A stretch of DNA of 64,000 bases from Patescibacteria group bacterium (GTDB lineage: Bacteria > Patescibacteriota > WWE3 > UBA101185 > UBA10185). The notes beneath the pieces were generated by a model, which was not told where the DNA came from, made no database searches, and was given only the letters and a program-made list of their open reading frames with translations. The translations under genes and the position numbers were made by a program. The DNA is taken from the NCBI GenBank assembly GCA_042571515.1, contig JBHPHX010000001.1:9508-73507 (forward strand), given 5' to 3'. Each line of letters opens with the position of its first letter. Position 1 is the first letter of the stretch. Positions 15,289 through 25,469 of the stretch are shown in pieces.

Positions 15289-16623
15289 TCATTCATCTCC
15301 CTCTCTTTTTGTCTCCATCTCAAAAAACTGGGTTCTGTCAGATTTGAAGTAAAGATCTAGTTGCCCTGTGGGGCCATTTCTGTGCTTTGCAATAATTAAT
15401 TTTGCGTGCTCCCTATCCTCATCATCCGGTCTATATAAAAACATAACTATGTCTGCATCCTGCTCAATTGACCCTGAGTCTCTAAGGTCGGAAAGCTGGG
15501 GGCGCTTCTCCCCTCCTCTTTGCTCCACAGCACGGGAAAGCTGTGATACCGCCAAAACTGGCACCTTTAATTCTCTAGCTAAGTTCTTTAAAGACTGGGA
15601 GATTTCCGACACTTCTTGCACCCTACTCTCTTGTCTACGCCCACGCACCAACTGAAGATAGTCCACAATTATTAAATCAATATCTTTATCCATTATTAAT
15701 CTCCTAGCCTTGGTCCTCATTTCCAAAACACTCTGGCCTGGAGTGTCATCTATATAAATTGGGGCTTCAGAAAGTTCGCCTGCCGCAATTCCATATTTCT
15801 CAAAATCATCTGGCTGCAAGTTTCCTGTAGTTATCCTCCAGTTCTCAATATCTCCCTGCGATGAGATCATTCTATCTACAATGGACTCTCTGCCCATCTC
15901 CAAAGAAAATAGCGCAACTCCGATACCATGTTCCACTGCCGCATGTTGTGCAATATTTATTGCAAGAGAAGTTTTACCAACCGAGGGTCTGGCAGCTAGA
16001 ATAATTAGATCCTCACCTTGTAATCCAGAAAGCATTCTATCCAAAGTTTTAAAACCAGTGGGAACACCCCTTAAGGCACCCTTTGTTTTACTTAGCTCAT
16101 CCAACCTCTCAAATGTAACTTCCAAAGTTTCTTTAATGGGTGTAAAGTCCTGATGAATCTTGTCCTGAGATACTGAGTAAATTACTTGCTCTACTTCATC
16201 TAAAAGCTTGTCAACATCAATTTCGTTGAATACTAATTCCCCTATAGAACCCGACGCTGTAAGTACTGCTCTTCTGACTGCATCGTTTCTGATAATTTTG
16301 GCGTAATGTTCCACGTTGGCTGCCGTAGGAACAAAGTTTACAAGTTCTGTAAGATAAGATACCCCACCCACTTTATCAAGCTCCCCCATATCCTTAAGCT
16401 CAGTTTTTACTGTAATCATGTCTGCGGGCTCTCTTTTTTCAAACAAATTTAATATTGCCTCATATATTTTGGCGTGTGCTGTTTTATAAAAATGATGCTC
16501 CTTTAGAAATTCCACAACCTTTACTATTGCGTCCTTGTCCAACAACAAGGCACCAAGTACAGACTGCTCGGCTTCTAAGTTATGTGGGGGCACCAAACTT
16601 TTATCAATCGTTTCTTTTGGCAT
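15289..16623 (-). CDS. dnaB: Replicative DNA helicase DnaB
   Basis: N-terminal PHNLEAEQSVLGALLLD. Walker A ARPSVGKTSLAINIA. RecA-like C-terminal domain. Confidence 0.9.
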   Translation of the reverse strand: MPKETIDKSLVPPHNLEAEQSVLGALLLDKDAIVKVVEFLKEHHFYKTAHAKIYEAILNLFEKREPADMITVKTELKDMGELDKVGGVSYLTELVNFVPTAANVEHYAKIIRNDAVRRAVLTASGSIGELVFNEIDVDKLLDEVEQVIYSVSQDKIHQDFTPIKETLEVTFERLDELSKTKGALRGVPTGFKTLDRMLSGLQGEDLIILAARPSVGKTSLAINIAQHAAVEHGIGVALFSLEMGRESIVDRMISSQGDIENWRITTGNLQPDDFEKYGIAAGELSEAPIYIDDTPGQSVLEMRTKARRLIMDKDIDLIIVDYLQLVRGRRQESRVQEVSEISQSLKNLARELKVPVLAVSQLSRAVEQRGGEKRPQLSDLRDSGSIEQDADIVMFLYRPDDEDREHAKLIIAKHRNGPTGQLDLYFKSDRTQFFEMETKREGDE

Positions 16624-16637
16624 CTATATTTTAGATC

Positions 16638-17294
16638 CTAATGTTTGGGCTTTAGTACAAAAACGCCCATTTCTTCACTGGGCAGATCGATGTCTCTTGA
16701 AACCTTAAGGCTCTCCACTTCCTTTATACCATTTTCTTCACCCATTGCCTCCAAGAAAACTTTAATTCCATCCAATTTCTTGGACAATTTTAGGTCTTCT
16801 GTTTGGTAATGCATAGGTATAACCGCTTTAGGCTCAATGGAGGAAATTACTTTAGTGGCAGTGTTTGCGTTAATTGTGTAGGTACCTCCAACAGGTATCA
16901 TAAGTATATCTATGTCGGGTAGCCGTTCCATAGTTTCCTTTGAAAGTTCATGTCCCAGATCCCCCAAATGTAATAAATTAAACCCATCAATTTCGATAAA
17001 GTATATTGTATTGTCTCCCCTATCCACTCCATTTTTTGTGTCATGTTTTGTGGAAAAACCAGAAATATAAGTTCCGGCCATTTCGTATTCGCCAGGAGTT
17101 TTGATGTGGAGTTTATAATCACTTACACCTTTGACGTATCCATGGTCATCGTGATCGTGGGTGGTTAAAACTATGTCAGCACCCAGCTTTGGAAGTTTGA
17201 ATCCAACTTTTGTAGGGTCATAGGGATCAATAACAACAGTGGTGTCTTTTCCCTTTATTCTAAAGCACGCATGACCAATGTAAGTTATTTCCAT
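16638..17294 (-). CDS. MBL-fold metallo-hydrolase (UPF0173-like)
   Basis: THDHDDHGY (HxHxDH) metal-binding motif. Confidence 0.8.
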   Translation of the reverse strand: MEITYIGHACFRIKGKDTTVVIDPYDPTKVGFKLPKLGADIVLTTHDHDDHGYVKGVSDYKLHIKTPGEYEMAGTYISGFSTKHDTKNGVDRGDNTIYFIEIDGFNLLHLGDLGHELSKETMERLPDIDILMIPVGGTYTINANTATKVISSIEPKAVIPMHYQTEDLKLSKKLDGIKVFLEAMGEENGIKEVESLKVSRDIDLPSEEMGVFVLKPKH

Positions 17295-17409
17295 GGGTAT
17301 ATATTAACACACACAATATTGATTTCTACCAAAGAAAAACGCCCTACAGCATAACTTTACTGCAAGGGGAAGTGGTTCCAAATTCCTTACACCAGATGGA
17401 ATACTATCG

Positions 17410-17437
17410 GGGGTCAGACCCGTACGGGTCTGACCCC
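17410..17437. other. Perfect 13-bp inverted repeat (GGGGTCAGACCCG-TA-CGGGTCTGACCCC)
   Basis: Read directly. Lies in a divergent intergenic region just upstream of a promoter-like TTGACA. Confidence 0.8.
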
Positions 17438-17445
17438 ATAAACCC

Positions 17446-17475
17446 TTGACAACATCCCTCACCCCATGATATTTA
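17446..17475 (+). promoter_or_regulatory. Putative sigma70 promoter (TTGACA, 18-bp spacer, TG-n-TATTTA extended -10)
   Basis: Consensus -35 with an extended -10. Weak -10 hexamer. Confidence 0.35.
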
Positions 17476-17599
17476 TTTTATTGTAATGATAAAAAGTATT
17501 GCATTCACAACCGAAAATGGTTGGTTCAGGTATCATAAAGCCTTTGTGCTCGATGCCTGATCTTGGATGTTTATTTTTTAACCCTTAAAACACATAAAC

Positions 17600-17630
17600 G
17601 CTCGGAATCAGGTTCCGAGCTTTACTTTTT
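17600..17630 (+). terminator. Rho-independent terminator (GCTCGGAA-TCAGG-TTCCGAGC followed by TTTACTTTTT)
   Basis: Perfect 8-bp stem plus T-rich tail, ~120 nt downstream of the putative promoter and 80 nt upstream of a small ORF. Confidence 0.5.
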
Positions 17631-17711
17631 CCAACGAAAATTTATCGCTCTAAATGGAGAATCTGACTTCGCTCCGTATGGAGGAAGAACCTAAAGAAAG
17701 GAGGTAATAAT

Positions 17712-17852
17712 CATGTTTGGTCCTCATGGTTTCGGTCCTCGAGGCTTCGGCCCCTGGGATGGACCTTGGCGCAGCGAAGGTCCGAAGAAAGGCCCACATG
17801 GAAACCCCTGTGGTCCCCGTGGTCCTCGCGGCTAAAAGTCGCGAAAAACTAG
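17712..17852 (+). CDS. Small Gly/Pro/Trp-rich peptide (46 aa: MFGPHGFGPRGFGPWDGTLAQRRSEERPTWKPLWSPWSSRLKVAKN)
   Basis: Hand translation. Strong SD AAAGGAGG 8 nt upstream. Not in the track (<60 aa). Confidence 0.35.
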   Translation, partial: HVWSSWFRSSRLRPLGWTLAQRRSEERPTWKPLWSPWSSRLKVAKN

Positions 17853-17966
17853 CTTGCAATTGCGCTAGAAACAACTAACAAAAAGTCGTTGTTCCTTGCA
17901 GTGCAGTTGCCTGATAGTAAGTTTATCGGACTGCGAGGATACAACGCACCTTAAAAGGAGCAAATA

Positions 17967-18182
17967 GTGATGACGAGATTTTTGGGAAATTGTCCCTACT
18001 GTGGACGGGAAATAACACCCGAGCAGGTAGAAAGGCATGTTCACGATCCAGTAAAAGAGCTTGAAAAATGTGAAAAAGGAGATCACAGGAAGCTCAAGGG
18101 TAAGGCGTGTCACATTTGCCAAATGGAAAAGAGTTTTCGGGCGTTAGTTAAGCAAAGATCAAAACCAAGAGGCACTTGGTGA
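17967..18182 (+). CDS. Small zinc-ribbon protein (CPYC...CxxC-like), 71 aa
   Basis: SD AAAAGGAG. Cys pattern NCPYCGREI...CEKGDH...CHICQ. Confidence 0.5.
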   Translation: MMTRFLGNCPYCGREITPEQVERHVHDPVKELEKCEKGDHRKLKGKACHICQMEKSFRALVKQRSKPRGTW

Positions 18183-18198
18183 TGACAACGACAACGGT

Positions 18199-19794
18199 GT
18201 GCGAAGCGAGAGAGTCGAAATGACTTTGAGTACTCGCTTCGCACAGGGCTATTTTACCAAAATAAGTATGAAATTTAGTAAAAATAAAAAAATACAAAAA
18301 TTAATAGAGCTTTCAAAAGAAGCCACAATGTTAAAAGGTATAGGTGAAGTTTTGGATTGGGATCAAAACGTAAACATGCCCAAAAATGCGGCGGAAGGCA
18401 GGAGTTACCAACTAGCACTAATATCTTCTATTACACATCAAAAGGTTGCTTCAGATCAGTTTGGGGAAGTTGTGAAATCGTTAGATAAAGAAATAAAAGA
18501 AAATCCTGCAAAATTCACGTTGTATGACAGGGTATTAGTCAGGGAATCGCTAAGAGCTTACGAAAAGGCTACAAAACTCTTAAAAGATTTTGTTGAAAGG
18601 GAATCTGAAGCAAAATCAAAGGGCTTTGAGGCCTGGAAAGAGGCGAAAGAAAAGTCAGATTTCTCAATCTTTGAGCCATTTCTTAAAAAGCTCGTAGACC
18701 TGGCAATTGAGGAGGCGGGGCTTTTAGGATACGAGGACTCGCCTTATGATGCACTCCTAGATAAATTCGAACAGGGCTTAACTGAGAAACAAGTAGAAAA
18801 GATACTTAGTCCATTAAGAGACTTTACTGTGAGTTTTCTTCAAAAAGTCTTGAACTCGAATATAACGATTGATGGCGAAATACTGAAAAGAAAATTTAAC
18901 ACTCAAAAGCAGCTTGAGTTCGGTAAAGAACTTGCTGAGGATTCGGGTTATAGCTTTGATTCTGGTAGATTAGACATTGCTCCCCACCCCTTCACAACAG
19001 AATTTGGCACTTCCAGTGACGTACGAATAACAACTAGAGTGGACGAAGGTAACTTGCCCGATTCAATCTTATCTACCATCCACGAATCTGGTCACGGTAT
19101 GTATGAGCAAAACATAGACAAGGCATTAGATATGACCATTTTAAGCGAGGAAACATCCTATGCTATGCACGAGGCAATGGCTAGAATGTGGGAAAACCCC
19201 ATTGGTAGAAGTAAATATTTCTGGAATTACCAATACCCCAGATTGGTGAGGGCCTTTCCAAAGGTTATCTCACTAGGTGAAAAGGAAAAATTCATTAGTG
19301 CCATAAATATAGTGGAGCCTGGTTTCATCCGTGTGGACGCGGATGAGATAACCTACAACTTGCACATAATCCTACGGTTTGAAATTGAAAGGGACTTGAT
19401 CAAAGGAAAGGTAAGGGTTAAGGATCTGCCGGAGATTTGGAACAGTAAGATGCAAGAATACCTCGGAATAACTCCACCAAACGATGCATTGGGGGTACTG
19501 CAAGACGTACACTGGTCGTATGGGCTTTTTGGGTATTTCCCCAGCTACAGTATTGGGAATATATACGCTGCACAATTGATGAACAAAATGAACAAAGACA
19601 TAATTGGTATTAACAAGCAATTACAAGAGGGTGATTACACAAAAATTAGAACTTGGTTAGAGAAAAATGTTCAACAGTATGGAAAAGTTCTTACTGCAGG
19701 GGAAATATGTGAAAAAGCTACAGGAGAAAAATTGAATTCAAAGTACTTAATTGAGTATTTGGAGGATAAATTTGGTAGGATTTACAAGATATGA
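18199..19794 (+). CDS. Carboxypeptidase Taq (M32) family metallocarboxypeptidase
   Basis: HESGHGMYEQ (HExxH) zinc motif. DVRITTR, IRVDADE and DVHWSYG-like M32 signatures. Start may be an internal Met near 18265. Confidence 0.85.
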   Translation: MRSERVEMTLSTRFAQGYFTKISMKFSKNKKIQKLIELSKEATMLKGIGEVLDWDQNVNMPKNAAEGRSYQLALISSITHQKVASDQFGEVVKSLDKEIKENPAKFTLYDRVLVRESLRAYEKATKLLKDFVERESEAKSKGFEAWKEAKEKSDFSIFEPFLKKLVDLAIEEAGLLGYEDSPYDALLDKFEQGLTEKQVEKILSPLRDFTVSFLQKVLNSNITIDGEILKRKFNTQKQLEFGKELAEDSGYSFDSGRLDIAPHPFTTEFGTSSDVRITTRVDEGNLPDSILSTIHESGHGMYEQNIDKALDMTILSEETSYAMHEAMARMWENPIGRSKYFWNYQYPRLVRAFPKVISLGEKEKFISAINIVEPGFIRVDADEITYNLHIILRFEIERDLIKGKVRVKDLPEIWNSKMQEYLGITPPNDALGVLQDVHWSYGLFGYFPSYSIGNIYAAQLMNKMNKDIIGINKQLQEGDYTKIRTWLEKNVQQYGKVLTAGEICEKATGEKLNSKYLIEYLEDKFGRIYKI

Positions 19795-21038
19795 AAAAAG
19801 AAAAACTAACAACCCAACCATATAAAGGTACATCCGACTGGCTACCGGATGAGTTCTTGATGCAAAAATATATCTTCGACACCTGGAGGAAAGTCTGTTT
19901 GAAATTTGGTTACAAAGAATACTTAACTCCCCTACTCGATCCTGCCAACCTATACAAGGCTAAATCGGGTGAGGTAGCGGAGGAATTATTCACTCTAGAA
20001 GACAGGGCAGGTAGAAACTTGGCTTTAAGGCCGGAGATGACTCCTTCTGTGACTAGAATGGTGGCTTCAATCTACAAAGAAACCTCTAAACCAATCAGGC
20101 TTTTTAGTATTGCGCCGTTTTACAGAAATGAGGCCCCACAAAAGGGCAGGACCAGAGAGTTTTGGCAATTAAATGCAGATATATTTGGGGAGGATTCATT
20201 GGAGGCGGACCTTGAGGTACTTTCCTTAGCTGTGGAAATCATGCTGGCCTTTGACGCCCCAAAAAATTCTTTTAAACTGTATTTCAATAGCAGAAATTTG
20301 GTCGAGAGTCTCTTTTCAAAACTGCAAATTCAAGACAACAAGTTGGAAGTGGCAAGGGCTATGGATAAGTTTGACAAGATTGGGACAAAGGAAACGAAAA
20401 GTTTACTTGAAAAACAGAATCTAGATGCCGCACAAATCGAAGGCCTCATAAATTACTTGAATGGCGATATTTCAAATCTAGACAATGGTGAAATTAAATA
20501 TTTTGTGACCGAACTAAAAAAGCTTGGGTATGCAGATTACGTTGAATTTAAGCCAAGTATTATAAGGGGTTTTGACTATTATGACGGCATGATTTTTGAG
20601 GTGTTTGACCTTAATTCAGATAATAATAGGTCTCTTTTTGGTGGCGGGAGATACAACGGTCTATCTGAAATTTTTGGTATTGAGAATTTCCCTGCAACAG
20701 GATTTGCCCCAGGAAATGTTACCACCAAACTATTTCTGGAAAACTGGAATCTGATACCAAAAGATCTGGAAGTTCCTACTTATTATTTACCAACCCTGAC
20801 TGCTCAAAATATCTTAAAGATAGCCAATGAGTTACGGGGGGTAGGTATGAATGTACAAACGGAGTTAAAGCAAACTTCAATATCAGATGCATTAAGAAAA
20901 GCTAATACCTTGGGTCTTAAAAAAGTCATAATTTTAGGCAAAGAGGAGCTGGCCAACAACGCAATCACTGTTAAAGACTTAGAAACTGGGGATCAAGAAA
21001 CACAGGACTTGAAAACGTGGCTGGCTAATATATCATAA
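19791..21038 (+). CDS. hisS: Histidine--tRNA ligase
   Basis: Class II motifs FYRNEAPQKGRTREFWQLNADIFG and GGGRYNGL. C-terminal anticodon-binding domain. Confidence 0.9.
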   Translation: MKKEKLTTQPYKGTSDWLPDEFLMQKYIFDTWRKVCLKFGYKEYLTPLLDPANLYKAKSGEVAEELFTLEDRAGRNLALRPEMTPSVTRMVASIYKETSKPIRLFSIAPFYRNEAPQKGRTREFWQLNADIFGEDSLEADLEVLSLAVEIMLAFDAPKNSFKLYFNSRNLVESLFSKLQIQDNKLEVARAMDKFDKIGTKETKSLLEKQNLDAAQIEGLINYLNGDISNLDNGEIKYFVTELKKLGYADYVEFKPSIIRGFDYYDGMIFEVFDLNSDNNRSLFGGGRYNGLSEIFGIENFPATGFAPGNVTTKLFLENWNLIPKDLEVPTYYLPTLTAQNILKIANELRGVGMNVQTELKQTSISDALRKANTLGLKKVIILGKEELANNAITVKDLETGDQETQDLKTWLANIS

Positions 21039-21044
21039 ACATAG

Positions 21045-22016
21045 ATGAGATTACCACTGCCCAGACAAAATCTCTTACCATACTACTTAGCAGTCGTGCT
21101 TACGTATGTGATATGGGGGGCCGCTGCGCCTATAGTTAAGCTAACATTAGATTATCTCCCCATTGGTATTTTCCTACTCTTTAGATTCATACTTGTTTGT
21201 ACACTACTCCTTCCCTACACCATTTTTCAGTTAAAAAAACACCCTATTCACAGAAGCGATATTGGAAAAATAATTTTACTTGGCCTTTTCTCTCAAACTT
21301 CAATTGCGCTTGTTTTTGCTGGGCTTAAATTTACCACAGCCCTAGAGGCAACTTTAATTGGAGTTTTGGGACCAATTCTAACTGTCTTTGTAGGACACTA
21401 TCTTTACAACGAAAAAATAAACAAAAATATACGGGTCGGACTCATACTTGCAGTAGTCGGTACTTTATTTACTGCCCTTGTTCCCCTACTCACTGCTTCC
21501 GGTATAGACAAGATAGCCACCCAGAAGCTCTGGGGTAACCTATTTGTAATTCTCTACCATTTAGCATTTCTTATATATATTATTTGGTCAAAAATTTCTC
21601 TGGGGGAAAACACACTAAAAACGAGGGGGGTGCTTAGATGGCTTCACCTGAAACCCATGAAAAGGCACTACTCTCCCCTACTTTTGATGTCTTTAAGCTT
21701 TTATGTGGGGCTTGTAACTTTTATACCTTACGCTCTTCTTGAGTTTGCTAATGGTGCCCAAGTTGTTTTTAACATTACTTCAGCTTTTGGAGTACTTTAT
21801 ATGGCGGTACTCTCCTCAATTGTGGCCTATTTTGGATTTGAGTGGGCCTTAACAAAGATAGAGATAAAAGATGTATCTATAATTAGTTACCTTCAACCAG
21901 TTTTCACACTCCCCTTTGCGTATTTACTTCTCAGGGAAATTCCCACAGGAGAAATGCTTGTTGGGGCGGCACTGATTGCTGTAGGTGTAAGCATTGCTGA
22001 ATATCACAAAGCTTGA
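21045..22016 (+). CDS. EamA/DMT-family transporter (10 TM)
   Basis: Two repeated 5-TM halves; hydrophobic throughout. Confidence 0.65.
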   Translation: MRLPLPRQNLLPYYLAVVLTYVIWGAAAPIVKLTLDYLPIGIFLLFRFILVCTLLLPYTIFQLKKHPIHRSDIGKIILLGLFSQTSIALVFAGLKFTTALEATLIGVLGPILTVFVGHYLYNEKINKNIRVGLILAVVGTLFTALVPLLTASGIDKIATQKLWGNLFVILYHLAFLIYIIWSKISLGENTLKTRGVLRWLHLKPMKRHYSPLLLMSLSFYVGLVTFIPYALLEFANGAQVVFNITSAFGVLYMAVLSSIVAYFGFEWALTKIEIKDVSIISYLQPVFTLPFAYLLLREIPTGEMLVGAALIAVGVSIAEYHKA

Positions 22017-22031
22017 TACAATGGCGCAGTC

Positions 22032-22355
22032 ATGAACAAAGATATTCAACCCCAAGTACATACAGATTGCACCGTTACATGCGCATGTGGTAACTCCTTT
22101 ACTACTATTTCTACCCAGCCTAGCATTGCAGTTGAAATTTGCAGTGCCTGCCACCCTTTCTACACTGGGCAACAAAAATTTGTTGACACTGAAGGCAGGA
22201 TAGATAAATTTAAGAAAAAACAAAAAATTTCCACCGTAAAGAAACAAAAGGCTGAGCTGGCTAAAAAAACCAAGGCTGCAAAAATAAAGAAATCGGGGAA
22301 AAAGAAGGAACCTACTCTAAAGGAGATGTTAGAACAAGCTAGAAAATCTACCTAG
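22032..22355 (+). CDS. rpmE: 50S ribosomal protein L31 with a Lys-rich C-terminal extension
   Basis: [25 protein letters not shown]...[10 protein letters not shown] (L31 zinc-ribbon signature). Confidence 0.85.
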   Translation: MNKDIQPQVHTDCTVTCACGNSFTTISTQPSIAVEICSACHPFYTGQQKFVDTEGRIDKFKKKQKISTVKKQKAELAKKTKAAKIKKSGKKKEPTLKEMLEQARKST

Positions 22356-22358
22356 ATA

Positions 22359-23270
22359 ATGAATAACACCATAGAAAATCTCAAAAAGGAAATTTCTAAC
22401 CTGCGACACAGAATAGATGCAAACAAGGAAATTGCAGATCTGGAGTTGAAGAAATTGGCAGAAGAGGAAAACGATACCTTGGGAAAACATATCCAAGCTC
22501 TAGAAAAAGAGATTGCCACGCTGCCGCTCGCAATGACAAGGGGGGAAAAACAGCAAGAAGAGGGGGTGTCACTTAATCCCAATGCTGCTATATTGGAAAT
22601 TAGAGCCGGTACTGGTGGAAGCGAAGCTGGAATTTTTGCAAAAGATCTTTTTAGAATGTACTCTCGATTTGCGGAAAAAGAAGCTTACAAAATCGAATCT
22701 ATAGGGCCCCTATCAATGAAGCTTAGGGGTAAAAATGTTTATAATTTGCTAAAAAATGAATCTGGTGTACATAGGGTACAAAGAGTACCCGTAACCGAAG
22801 CAGGGGGGCGTATACACACCTCTACTGCTACTGTTGCAGTTCTCCCAGAAGTTAAGAAAATGCATATCGAAGTTAATCCAGAAGATTTAGAATGGGAATT
22901 TTTTAGAAGCGGAGGCAAGGGCGGACAAAATGTTAATAAAGTGTCTACTGCCGTACGCCTAATCCATAAACCAACAAATATAATAGTAGAGTGTCAGGAG
23001 GAAAGGACACAGGGCAGAAACAGAGAAAAAGCCTTAGAGATACTTAACTCTAGATTATATGATGCTATGAGAGAGCAGCAGGTAAAAAACATCTCTGATT
23101 TGAGGGCGTCACAGGTGGGTACAGGAGAAAGATCGGAAAAAATAAGAACCTACAATTTCCCTCAAGACCGTATTACCGATCATAGAATAAAGAAAAACTT
23201 TGGGAACATACAAACTGTTTTAGATGGGGAACTTAACAAAATAGTAAACGCTGTTTCTGGTTTGGATTAA
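22359..23270 (+). CDS. prfA: Peptide chain release factor 1 (N-terminally short)
   Basis: GGQ motif (SGGKGGQNVNKVSTAVRL) and PVT tripeptide (RVQRVPVTE), characteristic of RF1. Confidence 0.8.
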   Translation: MNNTIENLKKEISNLRHRIDANKEIADLELKKLAEEENDTLGKHIQALEKEIATLPLAMTRGEKQQEEGVSLNPNAAILEIRAGTGGSEAGIFAKDLFRMYSRFAEKEAYKIESIGPLSMKLRGKNVYNLLKNESGVHRVQRVPVTEAGGRIHTSTATVAVLPEVKKMHIEVNPEDLEWEFFRSGGKGGQNVNKVSTAVRLIHKPTNIIVECQEERTQGRNREKALEILNSRLYDAMREQQVKNISDLRASQVGTGERSEKIRTYNFPQDRITDHRIKKNFGNIQTVLDGELNKIVNAVSGLD

Positions 23271-24484
23271 ATCTCTTTAGCTAGCTCAATTGCTTTGTCC
23301 AGCTGTGGATCTAGGCCCTCGTTGTAATCCTCTGCGGTTCTTTCCACCGTCACATCAGGCTCTAAGCCAACTCCATGAACCCATTCCTTTTTTGGAGTGA
23401 GCCATTTAGCTGTTGTGATATGCACACCCGACCCATCATCAAAATCTCTCGCTTCCTGGATAGTCCCCTTTCCAAATGATGTCATACCAATAAACTCTGC
23501 ACCAATATTTTCTTTTAGGGCAGCGGCTAATATTTCAGAGGCAGAGGCACTTCCCTCATCTATAAGAACGTAAACCTGAGGGATTCTATCAAAAGTACCG
23601 TTTCTTTTGGTGGCATACTCCACGTACTCGCCTGTTGCCTCTTGCTGGAAAAGAACAGTTCCGCCTTTGAAAAACTCCCCAGCTAGGTGAACCGAACTCT
23701 GTAAGTAGCCCCCGGGATTACCACGCACATCTAAGATGATTACATCTAGTTCTTCCATATCTACATTAACCTGCTTGACCACCTTATCCCATTGCTTGTT
23801 TGTATCCACACCAAATCTGCTAACCCTGATATAAGCAATCCCATCCCCTTTGTCTTCCCAAGTAACACTGTCAATTGTTATTACGCCGCGAGTAATTTCA
23901 ATTACAAATGGCTCCCCGCTACCACGACCAACTGTCAAGGAACTAACCGTTCCTGCGCTTCCCCGGATTTTTGCTACTGCCTCTGAAATGGTGATCCCAA
24001 TAGTACTTACCCCCTCTATTTCCAATATCTTATCCCCTGCCCTAACCCCAGCTTTTATTGCCGGAGATCCATCTAGGGGAGCAATTACAATTAACTGTCC
24101 TTCTTTCAAACCTAACTCCGCCCCTATTCCCTGATACGAATTGTTAAGAGAGCTGATTATTATTTCATTTAATTCGGGAGGTAAATAAGCAGTATAGGGA
24201 TCTTCAAGTGAGTTAACCATTCCGGAAATGGCTCCATATAGCATTTTTTGGCCATCTACAGGGCGATCAAGATAAATTTCACTAACCATATCCCAAACAT
24301 CCCAGAAAAGGGAAAAGTCTATTTCCTGATCCCCCGGAGACTTGTTTATAACAGTGATTGTTGGGGGGTTACGTTTGATTTCAAATTCATATCCTCGTTT
24401 TCCGTAATAGTAGCCACCATAAAAAAAGCTTGTTGCTATTAGAATAGTTATTAATAATCTCTGAAATTTAGCAAATGGTGACAT
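23267..24484 (-). CDS. ctpA: Carboxyl-terminal processing protease (S41) with PDZ domain
   Basis: GYIRVSRFG, VILDVRGNPGGYL and VLIDEGSASASEILA match S41 motifs. Confidence 0.85.
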   Translation of the reverse strand: MSPFAKFQRLLITILIATSFFYGGYYYGKRGYEFEIKRNPPTITVINKSPGDQEIDFSLFWDVWDMVSEIYLDRPVDGQKMLYGAISGMVNSLEDPYTAYLPPELNEIIISSLNNSYQGIGAELGLKEGQLIVIAPLDGSPAIKAGVRAGDKILEIEGVSTIGITISEAVAKIRGSAGTVSSLTVGRGSGEPFVIEITRGVITIDSVTWEDKGDGIAYIRVSRFGVDTNKQWDKVVKQVNVDMEELDVIILDVRGNPGGYLQSSVHLAGEFFKGGTVLFQQEATGEYVEYATKRNGTFDRIPQVYVLIDEGSASASEILAAALKENIGAEFIGMTSFGKGTIQEARDFDDGSGVHITTAKWLTPKKEWVHGVGLEPDVTVERTAEDYNEGLDPQLDKAIELAKEI

Positions 24485-24485
24485 A

Positions 24486-25469
24486 TCAGATTATGGCAAA
24501 AATGTTAGGCGACATTACTTCTACTGCTTTCTCATTATTACTCAACTTAACAAATATACTAGATTCTGTAACACTGTCAATAATTCCATAATGGCCATAG
24601 TACTCTGGGGTAAACACTTGTACCTTTACCCCCTCCTTCGCGTTTATAAAGTACTGCTCCTTCTCAGAGAGAGGAAATTCCTCTTCTGAGGGAATGGGTA
24701 TACTTAATCTTCCTTGTTCTCCGTAAAAAAACACAAACCTGTGTGCTACATCGTTTAAAGCAAAATAAACTTCCTCCGGAGTGGGCATAATCCCAAACCC
24801 AGAGACAATTCCCAAATTTAGACCGGATTTGTACGCTTGGGAAAACATCTCTCTGTGTGCACTTCCTGCAAGCAGCGCCCCCACATTTAATTCCTTTGCC
24901 CGTTTTAATATTCCTTCGGAAATACTGTGTCCAACATAAATTATTTTACCTGAGGCCGATTTCATATATTTGTCTAAATAATTAATCTCAAGAAGTTCTG
25001 TGGGGTTCGGGAAAACAATTAACTCCCCGGAAACGAATCCCCTTGTACTGGCTATTAAGTTAATATCTTTGGTTTGAGTTTTTAGTAATACACCAAGATT
25101 CTTCTTAACATCGGTTACCTCTCCCCAAACCCCCGGTAACAACCAATAGTCCTGTTCTACGGATTTGAAAAAGTATACTCCTTCTTTATCCTGTATCAAA
25201 GAGCCTTTAAAAGGCGTGGTGAACTTTTTAGATTTAATTTTCCCCAATAGTACTTCAGCTTCCACACTACGACTAGTATTTACCTTATTATTTGGTTTAA
25301 ACTTCTCGCCCAGACGTACCACTTCATATGAAATTTTTGTTGAGCCAATCTTTTGTGACGGTTCTACCTTACTTCCAACCTCAACAGTTATTTCCCCTGC
25401 TTTTGGCAAGGATCTTTCAATAAATACTTCCTTCCTATAATTTATTTTTCTTATAACTGGTATATACAT
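24486..25469 (-). CDS. Hypothetical protein (327 aa) with a C-terminal KOW-like beta segment
   Basis: ORF track. Translationally coupled to ctpA. No family recognised. Confidence 0.45.
   Translation of the reverse strand: MYIPVIRKINYRKEVFIERSLPKAGEITVEVGSKVEPSQKIGSTKISYEVVRLGEKFKPNNKVNTSRSVEAEVLLGKIKSKKFTTPFKGSLIQDKEGVYFFKSVEQDYWLLPGVWGEVTDVKKNLGVLLKTQTKDINLIASTRGFVSGELIVFPNPTELLEINYLDKYMKSASGKIIYVGHSISEGILKRAKELNVGALLAGSAHREMFSQAYKSGLNLGIVSGFGIMPTPEEVYFALNDVAHRFVFFYGEQGRLSIPIPSEEEFPLSEKEQYFINAKEGVKVQVFTPEYYGHYGIIDSVTESSIFVKLSNNEKAVEVMSPNIFAII

Noticed and set aside
17650-18122. Track ORFs 17650..17874(-) and 17865..18122(-)
   Set aside because: They lack SD sequences. They lie antisense to two plus-strand small ORFs that have textbook SDs and sensible Cys or Gly/Pro composition.
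21924-22247. ORF 21924..22247(-) overlapping rpmE
   Set aside because: Antisense to ribosomal protein L31, which has a clear zinc-ribbon signature. No SD.
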